From a virus (lineage: Duplodnaviria > Caudoviricetes), in IMG/VR virus record IMGVR_UViG_3300009508_001114, positions 1-61,044 of that record: DNA of 61,044 bases; one strand, given 5' to 3'. A model generated the notes under the pieces. The model did no database searches. It saw only the letters and a program-made list of their open reading frames with translations, and was not told the DNA's origin. Shown here one piece after another: positions 19,249-27,350 of the stretch (positions are counted from its first letter, which is position 1; each line of letters begins with the position of its first letter). Both the position numbers and the translations under genes were made by a program.

Positions 19249-19569
19249 TCACACTGCAAAACTTTCACCGCACCCACATTCACCAGTAGAGTTTGGATTA
19301 GTGAAACTTAATCCACTGTTCAATCCTTCAGTCTTAAATTCTAGATTTGTGCCATCAAGGTATAACAGACTTTTAGGATCAACGAATACTTTTATGCCAT
19401 GTTCATTAAATACGGAATCAGTATCGTCTGGAATATCAACAAATTCCACAATGTACATATAACCAGAGCAACCACTTGTTTTTGTAGCAAGACGAATTCC
19501 TTCACCTTTGCCTCGAGCCTGTAATTGCCCAGATATCCAGTTAGCAGCGTCCTCTGTAACTGTTATCAT
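19249..19569 (-). CDS. iscA: Fe-S cluster A-type carrier IscA
   Basis: SGCSG, VDPKSL, CGCGESF. Confidence 0.95.
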   Translation of the reverse strand: MITVTEDAANWISGQLQARGKGEGIRLATKTSGCSGYMYIVEFVDIPDDTDSVFNEHGIKVFVDPKSLLYLDGTNLEFKTEGLNSGLSFTNPNSTGECGCGESFAV

Positions 19570-19964
19570 ACGCCGCCGAGTTCGTTGTGGTATCGTTTTT
19601 TGTAATCATTTATTGCGGATTTAATTGCGTCCTCCGCAAGTACACTACAGTGGATTTTGACTGGGGGGAGGGCAAGCTCTTCTGCGATGTCGGAGTTTGT
19701 AATACTCCCAGCTTCATCAAGACTGCGACCTTTAACCCATTCGGTAAGGAGGCTGGAAGAAGCGATAGCACTTCCGCATCCGTATGTTTTAAACCTAGCA
19801 TCTTGGATAATTCCATTGTCATCTACCTTTATTTGTAATCGCATAACATCACCACACGCTGGGGCACCGACCATTCCAGTACCTACGCCTGGCTCTTCGT
19901 CGTCCCACTTACCAACATTGCGAGGGTTAGTGTAGTGGTCTAATACTTGATCTGAATATGCCAT
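19566..19964 (-). CDS. iscU: Fe-S scaffold IscU
   Basis: DHYTNPRNVG, PACGD, YGCGSAIASSS, LPPVKIHCS. Confidence 0.97.
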   Translation of the reverse strand: MAYSDQVLDHYTNPRNVGKWDDEEPGVGTGMVGAPACGDVMRLQIKVDDNGIIQDARFKTYGCGSAIASSSLLTEWVKGRSLDEAGSITNSDIAEELALPPVKIHCSVLAEDAIKSAINDYKKRYHNELGGV

Positions 19965-19998
19965 TTTATAATCCTATAATTATATATGTATATTTATG

Positions 19999-20199
19999 CT
20001 AATTAAAATACTTGTTGCAAGTTCCTAACAGTTCGTCCCACTCTGCAAGTTTATTCATCTCTTGTTCAATTGCTTCCATGATATCAGGATGTTCTCCAAT
20101 ACCTACAGGATGAGTTAGATAAACTTCAATGTTTACTTTGTGTTTTTCAATATTTCCTTCGCACTGCTTTTTAAATGCATCAAGAAGTTGCTGTCTCAT
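19999..20199 (-). CDS. phage hypothetical protein
   Basis: PVGIGEHPDI motif; GGAG RBS. Confidence 0.75.
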   Translation of the reverse strand: MRQQLLDAFKKQCEGNIEKHKVNIEVYLTHPVGIGEHPDIMEAIEQEMNKLAEWDELLGTCNKYFN

Positions 20200-20974
20200 T
20201 TTGTTCTCCGTAATATTCTAATCGTTCAATATCATCCTCAGATGTTTCCTTTCCATACTGTATTTCTATAATATGAACTGGTTGATCAAATGGGTTATAA
20301 GCTTGGTGCCATTGGCCATGTCTTATATGTATCAAATCATCTGTTTCTAAAATCAGTGTTTGATAGTTATCAGGATCACCTAAACTATGCTTCACTTTAA
20401 CTGTGCCTTTACTAACAAACCAAATTTCTGACCGTTTAAAATGTCTTTGGTAGCTAATACCTTGTCCTGGTTGGATAACTAGTTCCTTAACTCTTACTGC
20501 ATTATCCTGGAACAAGTCGATAAACTGCCCCCAAATACGTGGTTGCACATCGTGCTTCCACTCTTTTAATATCCAACTTGATGAATTCTTTTTATCTTCT
20601 CCGCCAACACCAAATACAAAACTTGTTTCACTGTCAGCTACATCCATTTCAGGAATATTGTCTGATGTTCTGTCACCACCGTTAGCGAATACTAGTTTTG
20701 CATCAGGATAGTGTGCTCTAACTTGCATTATAAAGTTTTTCGCACTGTCATCGTCATCCATGAATGTGTAAACTTCATCTACCATTTTAAGATTGCTAAC
20801 GATGTTTAATCTTTCGTTCCATGGCATAAAACTTTTTCCCTTTTTACGTTCCAGCCATTCATCACTGTTGAGACCAACAATTAATTTGTCGCCTAACTTT
20901 TTAGCTTCGTTGAAATAAGCAATATGTCCGCTATGCAACGGATCAAAACCGCCTGTAACTAATACAATCTTCAT
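20180..20974 (-). CDS. cytidylyltransferase fused to cupin (type II PMI-like)
   Basis: GGFDPLHSGH, ANGGDR, KNSSS; RIWG...QRHFKRSEIW...WH...IIEIQYG...EDDIER. Confidence 0.9.
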   Translation of the reverse strand: MKIVLVTGGFDPLHSGHIAYFNEAKKLGDKLIVGLNSDEWLERKKGKSFMPWNERLNIVSNLKMVDEVYTFMDDDDSAKNFIMQVRAHYPDAKLVFANGGDRTSDNIPEMDVADSETSFVFGVGGEDKKNSSSWILKEWKHDVQPRIWGQFIDLFQDNAVRVKELVIQPGQGISYQRHFKRSEIWFVSKGTVKVKHSLGDPDNYQTLILETDDLIHIRHGQWHQAYNPFDQPVHIIEIQYGKETSEDDIERLEYYGEQNETATS

Positions 20975-20981
20975 GCGTTGC

Positions 20982-21356
20982 TCACCGTTTCTTATTTTTA
21001 TTCTTACTAAGCTTTATAACTTCAAGTTTAAGTAATGTTTGTTTATCAATTAACTTTCTTCTTTTTCGTTTGCTTTTCATCCAAGAAACACCCGACTGTT
21101 TTTGACTTAACTTAGCTATATCTGATCTTGCTTCTTTCTGGGTGCGCTTCTTTGCTTGATCTCTGCTTCTCTTTTTAGCAACTGATTTTTTTTCAAAGAA
21201 TTCATGCTTGCTTAAATCTTTCTGCCTATTATCAGCTTCCAAGATTCGTTTAAGTCTTCTCAATGCCCCGTTAATGTCATCATTTTTTACATACACAGTT
21301 GTACCACCAGTATTAGATGTTGTAGGTGTACGAGTCTGATTATTATTTCTGTTCAT
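20982..21356 (-). CDS. rpsU: ribosomal protein bS21-like
   Basis: VYVKNDDINGALRRLKR...HEFFEK.SVAKKR. Confidence 0.75.
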   Translation of the reverse strand: MNRNNNQTRTPTTSNTGGTTVYVKNDDINGALRRLKRILEADNRQKDLSKHEFFEKKSVAKKRSRDQAKKRTQKEARSDIAKLSQKQSGVSWMKSKRKRRKLIDKQTLLKLEVIKLSKNKNKKR

Positions 21357-21451
21357 TTATACCTCTAATTAGTTTATCAAGATATTTATTGAACAATATC
21401 TTACGCATGACAAGTTTCTGGAGATGGAGGGATATTTTAAAATAGTAGATA

Positions 21452-21931
21452 TTATCTGTACGGTACCCAGTTATCTTTAACATCCCCTACACAGCCCACA
21501 ATGTGAAGTCTTTCATCCTGTGAAGCATTAACAAACGTGTGCTTTTTTGTAGTATCTATTAGGTAATAAGACCCGTCCGCAGGATATCTACTTACTATAT
21601 CATCTACAACAAAAAAACAGTTTTTATTTGTTATTAATGGAATATGAATTCTCATAGTTGGATCGTTATGGTATGTGTAACATGTTTTTGGCATCATGTT
21701 CAACAAGCGGCATCTATACATTTTTAATGTAGACAACACATAATTTGTATATGGTAAATCGTATACAAAGGTAGTAAATTCTTTTTCCTGATCTACCCTT
21801 GATAATCTACCTTCACTACCATCACCAGATACATTACTTTGCAAAGATAGTTGTGTTTCGTATTCTGGTAAACATTTTATCTCTAACATTATTTTATCAA
21901 TGTCTATGCCGTTTTCAACATCTATTTCCAA
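21452..21931 (-). CDS. Asp/Asn beta-hydroxylase-like 2OG-Fe(II) protein
   Basis: HND..RIHIPLITN...DTTKKHT..N...RLHIV. Confidence 0.8.
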   Translation of the reverse strand: MEIDVENGIDIDKIMLEIKCLPEYETQLSLQSNVSGDGSEGRLSRVDQEKEFTTFVYDLPYTNYVLSTLKMYRCRLLNMMPKTCYTYHNDPTMRIHIPLITNKNCFFVVDDIVSRYPADGSYYLIDTTKKHTFVNASQDERLHIVGCVGDVKDNWVPYR

Positions 21932-22058
21932 TTAAAATTCCCTATATAGTTTATAATACTTATCGATTTCTTCATGATCATCAAATACAAGTGTAGGTTT
22001 ATACGATAACACAGGATATTTATTAAAAAATATCTTACGCACACCAAGTTTTTCGAGA

Positions 22059-23153
22059 TCAGGTGCTAAACATAATGCTAGTAAAGCAACCCTCTAATAT
22101 TTGACGCAATCCACGTGCACCCATGTCTTGACTAATTGCAAAATCGGCGCACTGTTCTAAAAACTGCTGTCCTACTTCAAGGTCTAAACCATCTAAACTT
22201 AACAGTGCTTTATATTGGTCTAATAAATTATTTTCTACACGGTTAATAATTTTTATCATATCCTTTTTAGTTAAACTGTCTAATTTTGCTATTACAGGTA
22301 ATCGTCCCAGTAACTCTGGAATTAATCCGTAATCAATTAGGTCCTTGGTCGATGGCACGGTAGATTTGTGTTTAATTTCGGCAGTTCTAAATCCAATAGG
22401 TTGTTTTTCAGAATCTGTAATTTTATCTAGCCCAACAAAAGCACCGCTAACAATAAACAGTATGTTTTTAGTATCAAACTCTACTACACTATCAAACGAC
22501 TTTTTGTTTGATGTTTTTACTCTAAGTATAGCGCCTTCTATTACTCTCAACAGACTTTGCTGTACTCCTTCGCCACTTACATCTTTGGAGTTAGCAGTAG
22601 ATTGGGAAAATTTTGCTTTTTTGTCTATTTCGTCTATAAACACTATGCCGTTCTGAGCCTGTTGTATATCGTAATCAGCATTTATAATTAGCCTTTCAAA
22701 TATACTTTCTATGTCTTCCCCAACGTATCCACTTTCAGTTAAACTAGTAGCGTCAATATTAATAAATGGTACACGTAGTACTGATGACAATGTTTTTGCA
22801 AACAATGTTTTACCAGTACCAGTAGGTCCAATAAGCAATATATTACTTTTTTCTACAAAACAGTTGTCAATATTTTTGATACGTTTAAAATGGTTATATG
22901 CAGCAGTGCTAATAATTTCTTTTACTGTGTGCTGTCCTACGATAAATTTATCCATGATTTTTTTTATTTGGACTGGACTAGAAATATTGTATTCTATGTC
23001 CGTATTAACTTTTTTTATTTCGCTGTCCAATATGTTATAGCTTAGGGTTATACATTCATTACATATATAAACACCTGGTCCAGCAATAAGTTTTTCAACA
23101 GCATTGCGATTTTTGCCACAAAAACTGCAACTTAGTAGATTATCATTGCTCAT
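22059..23153 (-). CDS. clpX: ClpX ATPase (C-terminus continues in +1 frame to 21932)
   Basis: CSFCGK/CNEC Zn finger, GPTGTGKT, GYVGED, IDEIDK, IGF loop, GARGLR. Confidence 0.93.
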   Translation of the reverse strand: MSNDNLLSCSFCGKNRNAVEKLIAGPGVYICNECITLSYNILDSEIKKVNTDIEYNISSPVQIKKIMDKFIVGQHTVKEIISTAAYNHFKRIKNIDNCFVEKSNILLIGPTGTGKTLFAKTLSSVLRVPFINIDATSLTESGYVGEDIESIFERLIINADYDIQQAQNGIVFIDEIDKKAKFSQSTANSKDVSGEGVQQSLLRVIEGAILRVKTSNKKSFDSVVEFDTKNILFIVSGAFVGLDKITDSEKQPIGFRTAEIKHKSTVPSTKDLIDYGLIPELLGRLPVIAKLDSLTKKDMIKIINRVENNLLDQYKALLSLDGLDLEVGQQFLEQCADFAISQDMGARGLRQILEGCFTSIMFST

Positions 23154-23464
23154 TTAGGTTTACCAGTATATTTCTTTGTTGAAAGTGTTGTATCTTTTGG
23201 TAGAGGCATTGCCCAAAATCCTATTTTTTTAGCAGCTGATTGGTCTAGTGCTAACTTTTCGTAGATCTCTTGCTCAGATAGATCTTCTTTATTCATTTCA
23301 CTTTGAGCCATTACTTTAGCAGCATTTTTCAATTCATCATCGGCGTTAGGGTCAACGGGTTGATGCTGTTGTATAATGTCCAGTGCATGGTCTAAGTCTT
23401 TAAGTGCCTGTAGATATTTTGCATTCAGGTCATCGAATGCTTTTTGGATGTTAGTTTGATTCAT
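23150..23464 (-). CDS. helical hypothetical protein
   Basis: ATG 23464; coupled to clpX. Confidence 0.7.
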   Translation of the reverse strand: MNQTNIQKAFDDLNAKYLQALKDLDHALDIIQQHQPVDPNADDELKNAAKVMAQSEMNKEDLSEQEIYEKLALDQSAAKKIGFWAMPLPKDTTLSTKKYTGKPK

Positions 23465-23684
23465 CCTGTCTGTTCTTGATCTTCTCTTCAAGGGCTGAGA
23501 TTTCTGCTGGTACAGATAAATCTATATCAAACTCTGGTTCAACACTCAGTTGAGATTCTAGTTCTGAAATTCTGCTTGCTTGATCATCTATTTTGTCCAC
23601 AGCATCGCTTAACATCATTAGGGTGTTACCATATCTTTCATGCAGGCTACCTAATGCCTGTTGTATCTGTTCTTTACTTGCCAT
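23451..23684 (-). CDS. coiled-coil hypothetical protein
   Basis: ORF overlapping neighbours. Confidence 0.7.
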   Translation of the reverse strand: MASKEQIQQALGSLHERYGNTLMMLSDAVDKIDDQASRISELESQLSVEPEFDIDLSVPAEISALEEKIKNRQDESN

Positions 23685-25194
23685 TTAATTTCTCCTGTAA
23701 TCGTTTCTCAAGATCTAATAAACTCTGCGGTGGTCTGAGGTCTATGTCTTCCTGAGGTCTTTCTACTTCTACAATTTTTTCTACTTCTACAATCTTTTCT
23801 ACTTCCTTGATTTTGGCTTTTTGATGCTTGTCTTCTTTAGCGAGTCGTTTTCTTTCCTTTTTATCAGCATCCAGGTCGAGTTTTGACTTTGTACCCTGCG
23901 TATTTGATTTACTCTTACTCGGTTGTTCATTGTTATCTCCAGGAAGTGCGGGCCCAGTGGACTCCAGGTTGATACCATATCGCAAAAGCGTTTGGTTTGC
24001 AGCAATTACTAGCACAACTGCAAGCGGATCAAACACAAACACAAGTATTAGTATAAACAATCTTACAGATTTGTCAAGATAATCTTCACTACCTTCACCA
24101 TATACTAATTCTGCTACATATTTAATAGGCCCAACTTCTTGTTCTAGTTCTCTTACTATACTTTCAGCTTCGTATAAATCTATATTAATACGTTCTATTT
24201 CTGAGAACGCTTCATCTATTTTAACATTAAGCTCATCTATCTTTATGTCTGCCTCGTCAGCATCTGTGCCGCTATCTGTTCTGATGCGATTGATTTCTGC
24301 GTTTGCTGCATCAATAGTAGTTTGTGCTTGTGCACGATACTTATCAATGTTTGCTTGTAGTTTTGCAATTTCTTCATTAGCAATTTCACGCAAAGTTGCT
24401 TTTTCTTCGGTGGCAGTTTCTGTAAACTCATCCTGCTTGATTGCTATCTCGTCTCGTTCTGGTTTCTGTTGCGCTCTTACTTCTGCACCTTTAGCAACAT
24501 TGTCCACTGACTCTGACTCTGCTCTGGAAAAAACACCGCCTGCTTTAGTTTCTGTAGTAACTGTGCCCTGACTGGTGTAACCAGACACAATTGCATTTAG
24601 TGCATCCAGTCTATCCTTGCCAAGTTGTAAATTAGTTTGTAACTGGGTGTCTATTGCAGCAAGGTCTGTGGTTAATTGTTTTCTAAGGTCTTTGATTGCA
24701 TCCTGGTTGTAATCAATATCACCTTGTACACGTTCCCAAGCACCTTCTCTTATTGCTTCCTGCTGAGTTATACTGTTGGAATTCGTATCGCCTCCAGCAC
24801 TTAAACTAGCAATACGTTCTTGTGATGTTGCAATTTTACCTCGTTCTCTAGCTATTAACTGATTAAACCTTTCTACCTTAGCGACTGCATCACCAGCAGT
24901 GCCTGCTTGATCCAGATGTGCTTTAGAAAGGTATCCAAAGATACCCATGCTGGTTATAAGCATTAATGCTAACACTGCTATTACTAGATATCCTTTCATT
25001 AGCAGTTTTGTTTCGTCCCAATAACGATATAACCAACTAGCAGTTAACAGTTTACCAACTTCCAAACTGCCTGCCATAATAGCGATAGGAATTGCGCTCG
25101 CACTGAATATAGCCATAAGGCCTTCAATGCTGAACCAAGCAGCCACACCAGCTATTGTTAAAGCGGTGAGTAAGGTAACAATACCAAATATCAT
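23674..25194 (-). CDS. membrane protein with long coiled coil
   Basis: 3 N-terminal TM (GIFGYLSKAH), coiled coil, EVGPIKYVA, VFDPLAV TM; TATAAATA at 25200-25207. Confidence 0.85.
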   Translation of the reverse strand: MIFGIVTLLTALTIAGVAAWFSIEGLMAIFSASAIPIAIMAGSLEVGKLLTASWLYRYWDETKLLMKGYLVIAVLALMLITSMGIFGYLSKAHLDQAGTAGDAVAKVERFNQLIARERGKIATSQERIASLSAGGDTNSNSITQQEAIREGAWERVQGDIDYNQDAIKDLRKQLTTDLAAIDTQLQTNLQLGKDRLDALNAIVSGYTSQGTVTTETKAGGVFSRAESESVDNVAKGAEVRAQQKPERDEIAIKQDEFTETATEEKATLREIANEEIAKLQANIDKYRAQAQTTIDAANAEINRIRTDSGTDADEADIKIDELNVKIDEAFSEIERINIDLYEAESIVRELEQEVGPIKYVAELVYGEGSEDYLDKSVRLFILILVFVFDPLAVVLVIAANQTLLRYGINLESTGPALPGDNNEQPSKSKSNTQGTKSKLDLDADKKERKRLAKEDKHQKAKIKEVEKIVEVEKIVEVERPQEDIDLRPPQSLLDLEKRLQEKLNGK

Positions 25195-25251
25195 ACCATT
25201 ATTTATAGCAATACCTGTTGTTTTTAAGTGTGTTTTTAAGTGATTTGTAGA

Positions 25252-25746
25252 TTAGGGCATATACATAGCACTATTGCTGGGTGTTTCACGCACCTCAAAC
25301 TTAGTACACTGTATCCCACCGTTAGGATAGTTGTCTGGTAACCAGATATCGTTCAGATAATCACACAGGAACTTTGCTAACGCTTCGCATCCTGATGCTT
25401 CTACAACCACCATTTTAGCAAGTGCTTTGTCGTGTAACATTTTAAATGTTTCAAACTCTGGATCATCCTGTGCTACTAGCATTGTATGATCAAAGTTTTC
25501 TTTGAGGAACTCTTTGAAGCTGCGTAAACTGCCAAAGTCGCATACCCAATTGCGGGCATCCAGAGTCTCTGCGCTAAATTCCATATGAAAGCCTAGTGCA
25601 TAACCATGTAATGCGTTACACCCTGGAATTTCATCTCTGCTGTATAATTGTTCTTTACTTTTACCTGATTTACGATCAGCTCGCCATTGTCTGTAACAAA
25701 CTGCAAAGCCTTCAGTTGGACCGTATGTTTTTGTAGATACGTACAT
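25252..25746 (-). CDS. queD: QueD-like 6-carboxytetrahydropterin synthase
   Basis: CNALHGY, DFGSL..K..L...FDH, VRETPSNSA. Confidence 0.85.
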   Translation of the reverse strand: MYVSTKTYGPTEGFAVCYRQWRADRKSGKSKEQLYSRDEIPGCNALHGYALGFHMEFSAETLDARNWVCDFGSLRSFKEFLKENFDHTMLVAQDDPEFETFKMLHDKALAKMVVVEASGCEALAKFLCDYLNDIWLPDNYPNGGIQCTKFEVRETPSNSAMYMP

Positions 25747-25774
25747 AGTAAAAATGCTCCTGTATTGAATAACA

Positions 25775-25803
25775 ATTATATAACAATTTTGGAGTTATGT
25801 CAA
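25775..25803 (-). promoter_or_regulatory. sigma70-type promoter
   Basis: TTGACA-17-TATAAT upstream of queD. Confidence 0.7.
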
Positions 25804-25805
25804 GT

Positions 25806-25931
25806 TTATTCTATGCAGCTATTAGATATTTCGCCGTCATCATCCCCAGCTTCATCAACACTGAGACCTTTAACGATGCGATCCATTTCCTGAACACTTT
25901 TCATTAATTCATCAAACATGTCTTTGTCCAT
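25806..25931 (-). CDS. 41-aa peptide resembling HigA2/NadS antitoxin N-terminus (not in ORF track)
   Basis: GGAG RBS; MDKDMFDELMKSVQEMDRIVKGLSVDEAGDDDGEISNSCIE. Confidence 0.6.
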   Translation of the reverse strand: MDKDMFDELMKSVQEMDRIVKGLSVDEAGDDDGEISNSCIE

Positions 25932-25984
25932 ATCACAACTCCGTTTAATTGTTTTTATTCTATGAACGCTATTAGATATTTCGC
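25806..25984. repeat. ~30-bp imperfect direct repeat pair
   Basis: ttattctatg(ca/aac)gctattagatatttcgc at 25806-25834 and 25955-25984. Confidence 0.9.
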
Positions 25985-26106
25985 AGCCAATGCTAATATC
26001 CCTAGCACTACAAATGTAGTGCTTCCAGGATTATTTTCTGCGAGGGTTATCACGAAATCCAAACCAGTCTCCAACGACTGCAATAAGAACTTAACAAGTG
26101 CGCTAA

Positions 26107-26574
26107 TTATACCAACCCTGCTTCTTCCAGTGTCATTTTCACAACACCTGCTTCAATCAACTTGCGGCGATTTTCCATGTGTGCAGCTTGAGTGTCGTCT
26201 TTAGACCCACCATAGTAAGGAACACAATGGCCTTCGTCTGCCATCACAGCAGTGACTGCTCTCCAGGCATCTGTCGTAGGACAGTAGACATCAAAGTCAC
26301 CAAGGATGCGACCGAACTTACCTTTCATGTCTTCACCGTCACGAGCAATCTGAGTTCTCAACACTGGTTTTGGTCCAAGCAGTTCCTTCAGACGCTTGCT
26401 TGCGGCTTTACCAAACTTCTTTTCTACCTTGTCACGGGTTCTACTTTCGGGCGTATCAATGCCCATGATGCGAACTCTTTCGTTCTTCAACCAAACACCA
26501 AATCCTAAGTCAATGTCCACATCCACTGTGTCACCATCGACCACTTTAATTAAATTTGTTCTGTATTCGTACAT
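26107..26574 (-). CDS. thermonuclease (SNase-like)
   Basis: VVDGDT, VRIMGIDTPE, GKFGRILG. Confidence 0.92.
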   Translation of the reverse strand: MYEYRTNLIKVVDGDTVDVDIDLGFGVWLKNERVRIMGIDTPESRTRDKVEKKFGKAASKRLKELLGPKPVLRTQIARDGEDMKGKFGRILGDFDVYCPTTDAWRAVTAVMADEGHCVPYYGGSKDDTQAAHMENRRKLIEAGVVKMTLEEAGLV

Positions 26575-26580
26575 TTATTT

Positions 26581-26709
26581 TTATTCCTTATCTGTGCTTT
26601 CATTTGGATCAGATTTGCCAAGATTATAAATTGCTTGTAAATAAATCACGCCAACATAGCAACCACCTACCATCATAAAAAATCCGATTGCGGAAAATAC
26701 CTGATCCAT
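26581..26709 (-). CDS. 42-aa single-TM protein (not in ORF track)
   Basis: AGGAGG RBS; MDQVFSAIGFFMMVGGCYVGVIYL. Confidence 0.65.
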   Translation of the reverse strand: MDQVFSAIGFFMMVGGCYVGVIYLQAIYNLGKSDPNESTDKE

Positions 26710-26734
26710 ACTGCCTCCTATTGCAATCAATATA

Positions 26735-27163
26735 TCAATCGGGTTTGACAACTCTCTTAATAATCTTACCCAATACTAGATTCAAACAAACGACTGGGCC
26801 AAATACGGGCCATTTCCAATCGTATTTTTTATATGCAGCACTGTCTTTCTTAAACCATTTTCTCTGGATGTTGTCACAATACTCACCTTTGTAAGACAGT
26901 ACGGCGTGACCTTCGCCAGTTTTCGTATACTTTACGAAGTGCATACGAAAATCTCGATTGAAAAGAATATTCTTAATAAAAGTACTTTTCTTTTCGCCTG
27001 ACATAAACCAAAGAACGGTCAACGAGTAATCCTCACAATCACCCCGCCATATTTCTTGAGTCGTGTCCATGACAGACCAAGTTTCAACGAACCCATACTT
27101 TTTCTTATCAGTAACGTATTCAAATTTTGATGCAACTTTTTTGTTAGCTTCTTTAGCGTCCAT
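26735..27163 (-). CDS. transglutaminase-like cysteine protease (BTLCP/LapG family)
   Basis: YVTD...ETW...GDCEDY...GHAVL...DN triad. Confidence 0.8.
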   Translation of the reverse strand: MDAKEANKKVASKFEYVTDKKKYGFVETWSVMDTTQEIWRGDCEDYSLTVLWFMSGEKKSTFIKNILFNRDFRMHFVKYTKTGEGHAVLSYKGEYCDNIQRKWFKKDSAAYKKYDWKWPVFGPVVCLNLVLGKIIKRVVKPD

Positions 27164-27301
27164 TTAACCTTGCCCTCTATATTTTTTATAATTGGATTTC
27201 TTTTTCTTGTTCATAGAACTGGTTTTCAATTTACCTCTACCAATCGAAGTTCCTTTCTTAATTGGGTCTGGTCTTTCCACACCACCGAGTGCTTTAGCCA
27301 T
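27164..27301 (-). CDS. 45-aa basic peptide ending KKYRGQG (not in ORF track)
   Basis: AGGAG RBS, GATAAATA at 27333-27340; motif typical of T4-like phage small proteins. Confidence 0.8.
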   Translation of the reverse strand: MAKALGGVERPDPIKKGTSIGRGKLKTSSMNKKKKSNYKKYRGQG

Positions 27302-27350
27302 GTGTGTCTCCTGCTACAATAAATTATAACAGTATTTATCTTGAGACGAC

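Noticed and set aside
22035-22061. TGA readthrough or recoded genetic code in clpX
   Set aside because: In-frame continuation is 7 non-homologous codons; all three stops are used normally elsewhere
23760-23806. Short tandem DNA repeat
   Set aside because: Simply encodes VEKIVE peptide repeats
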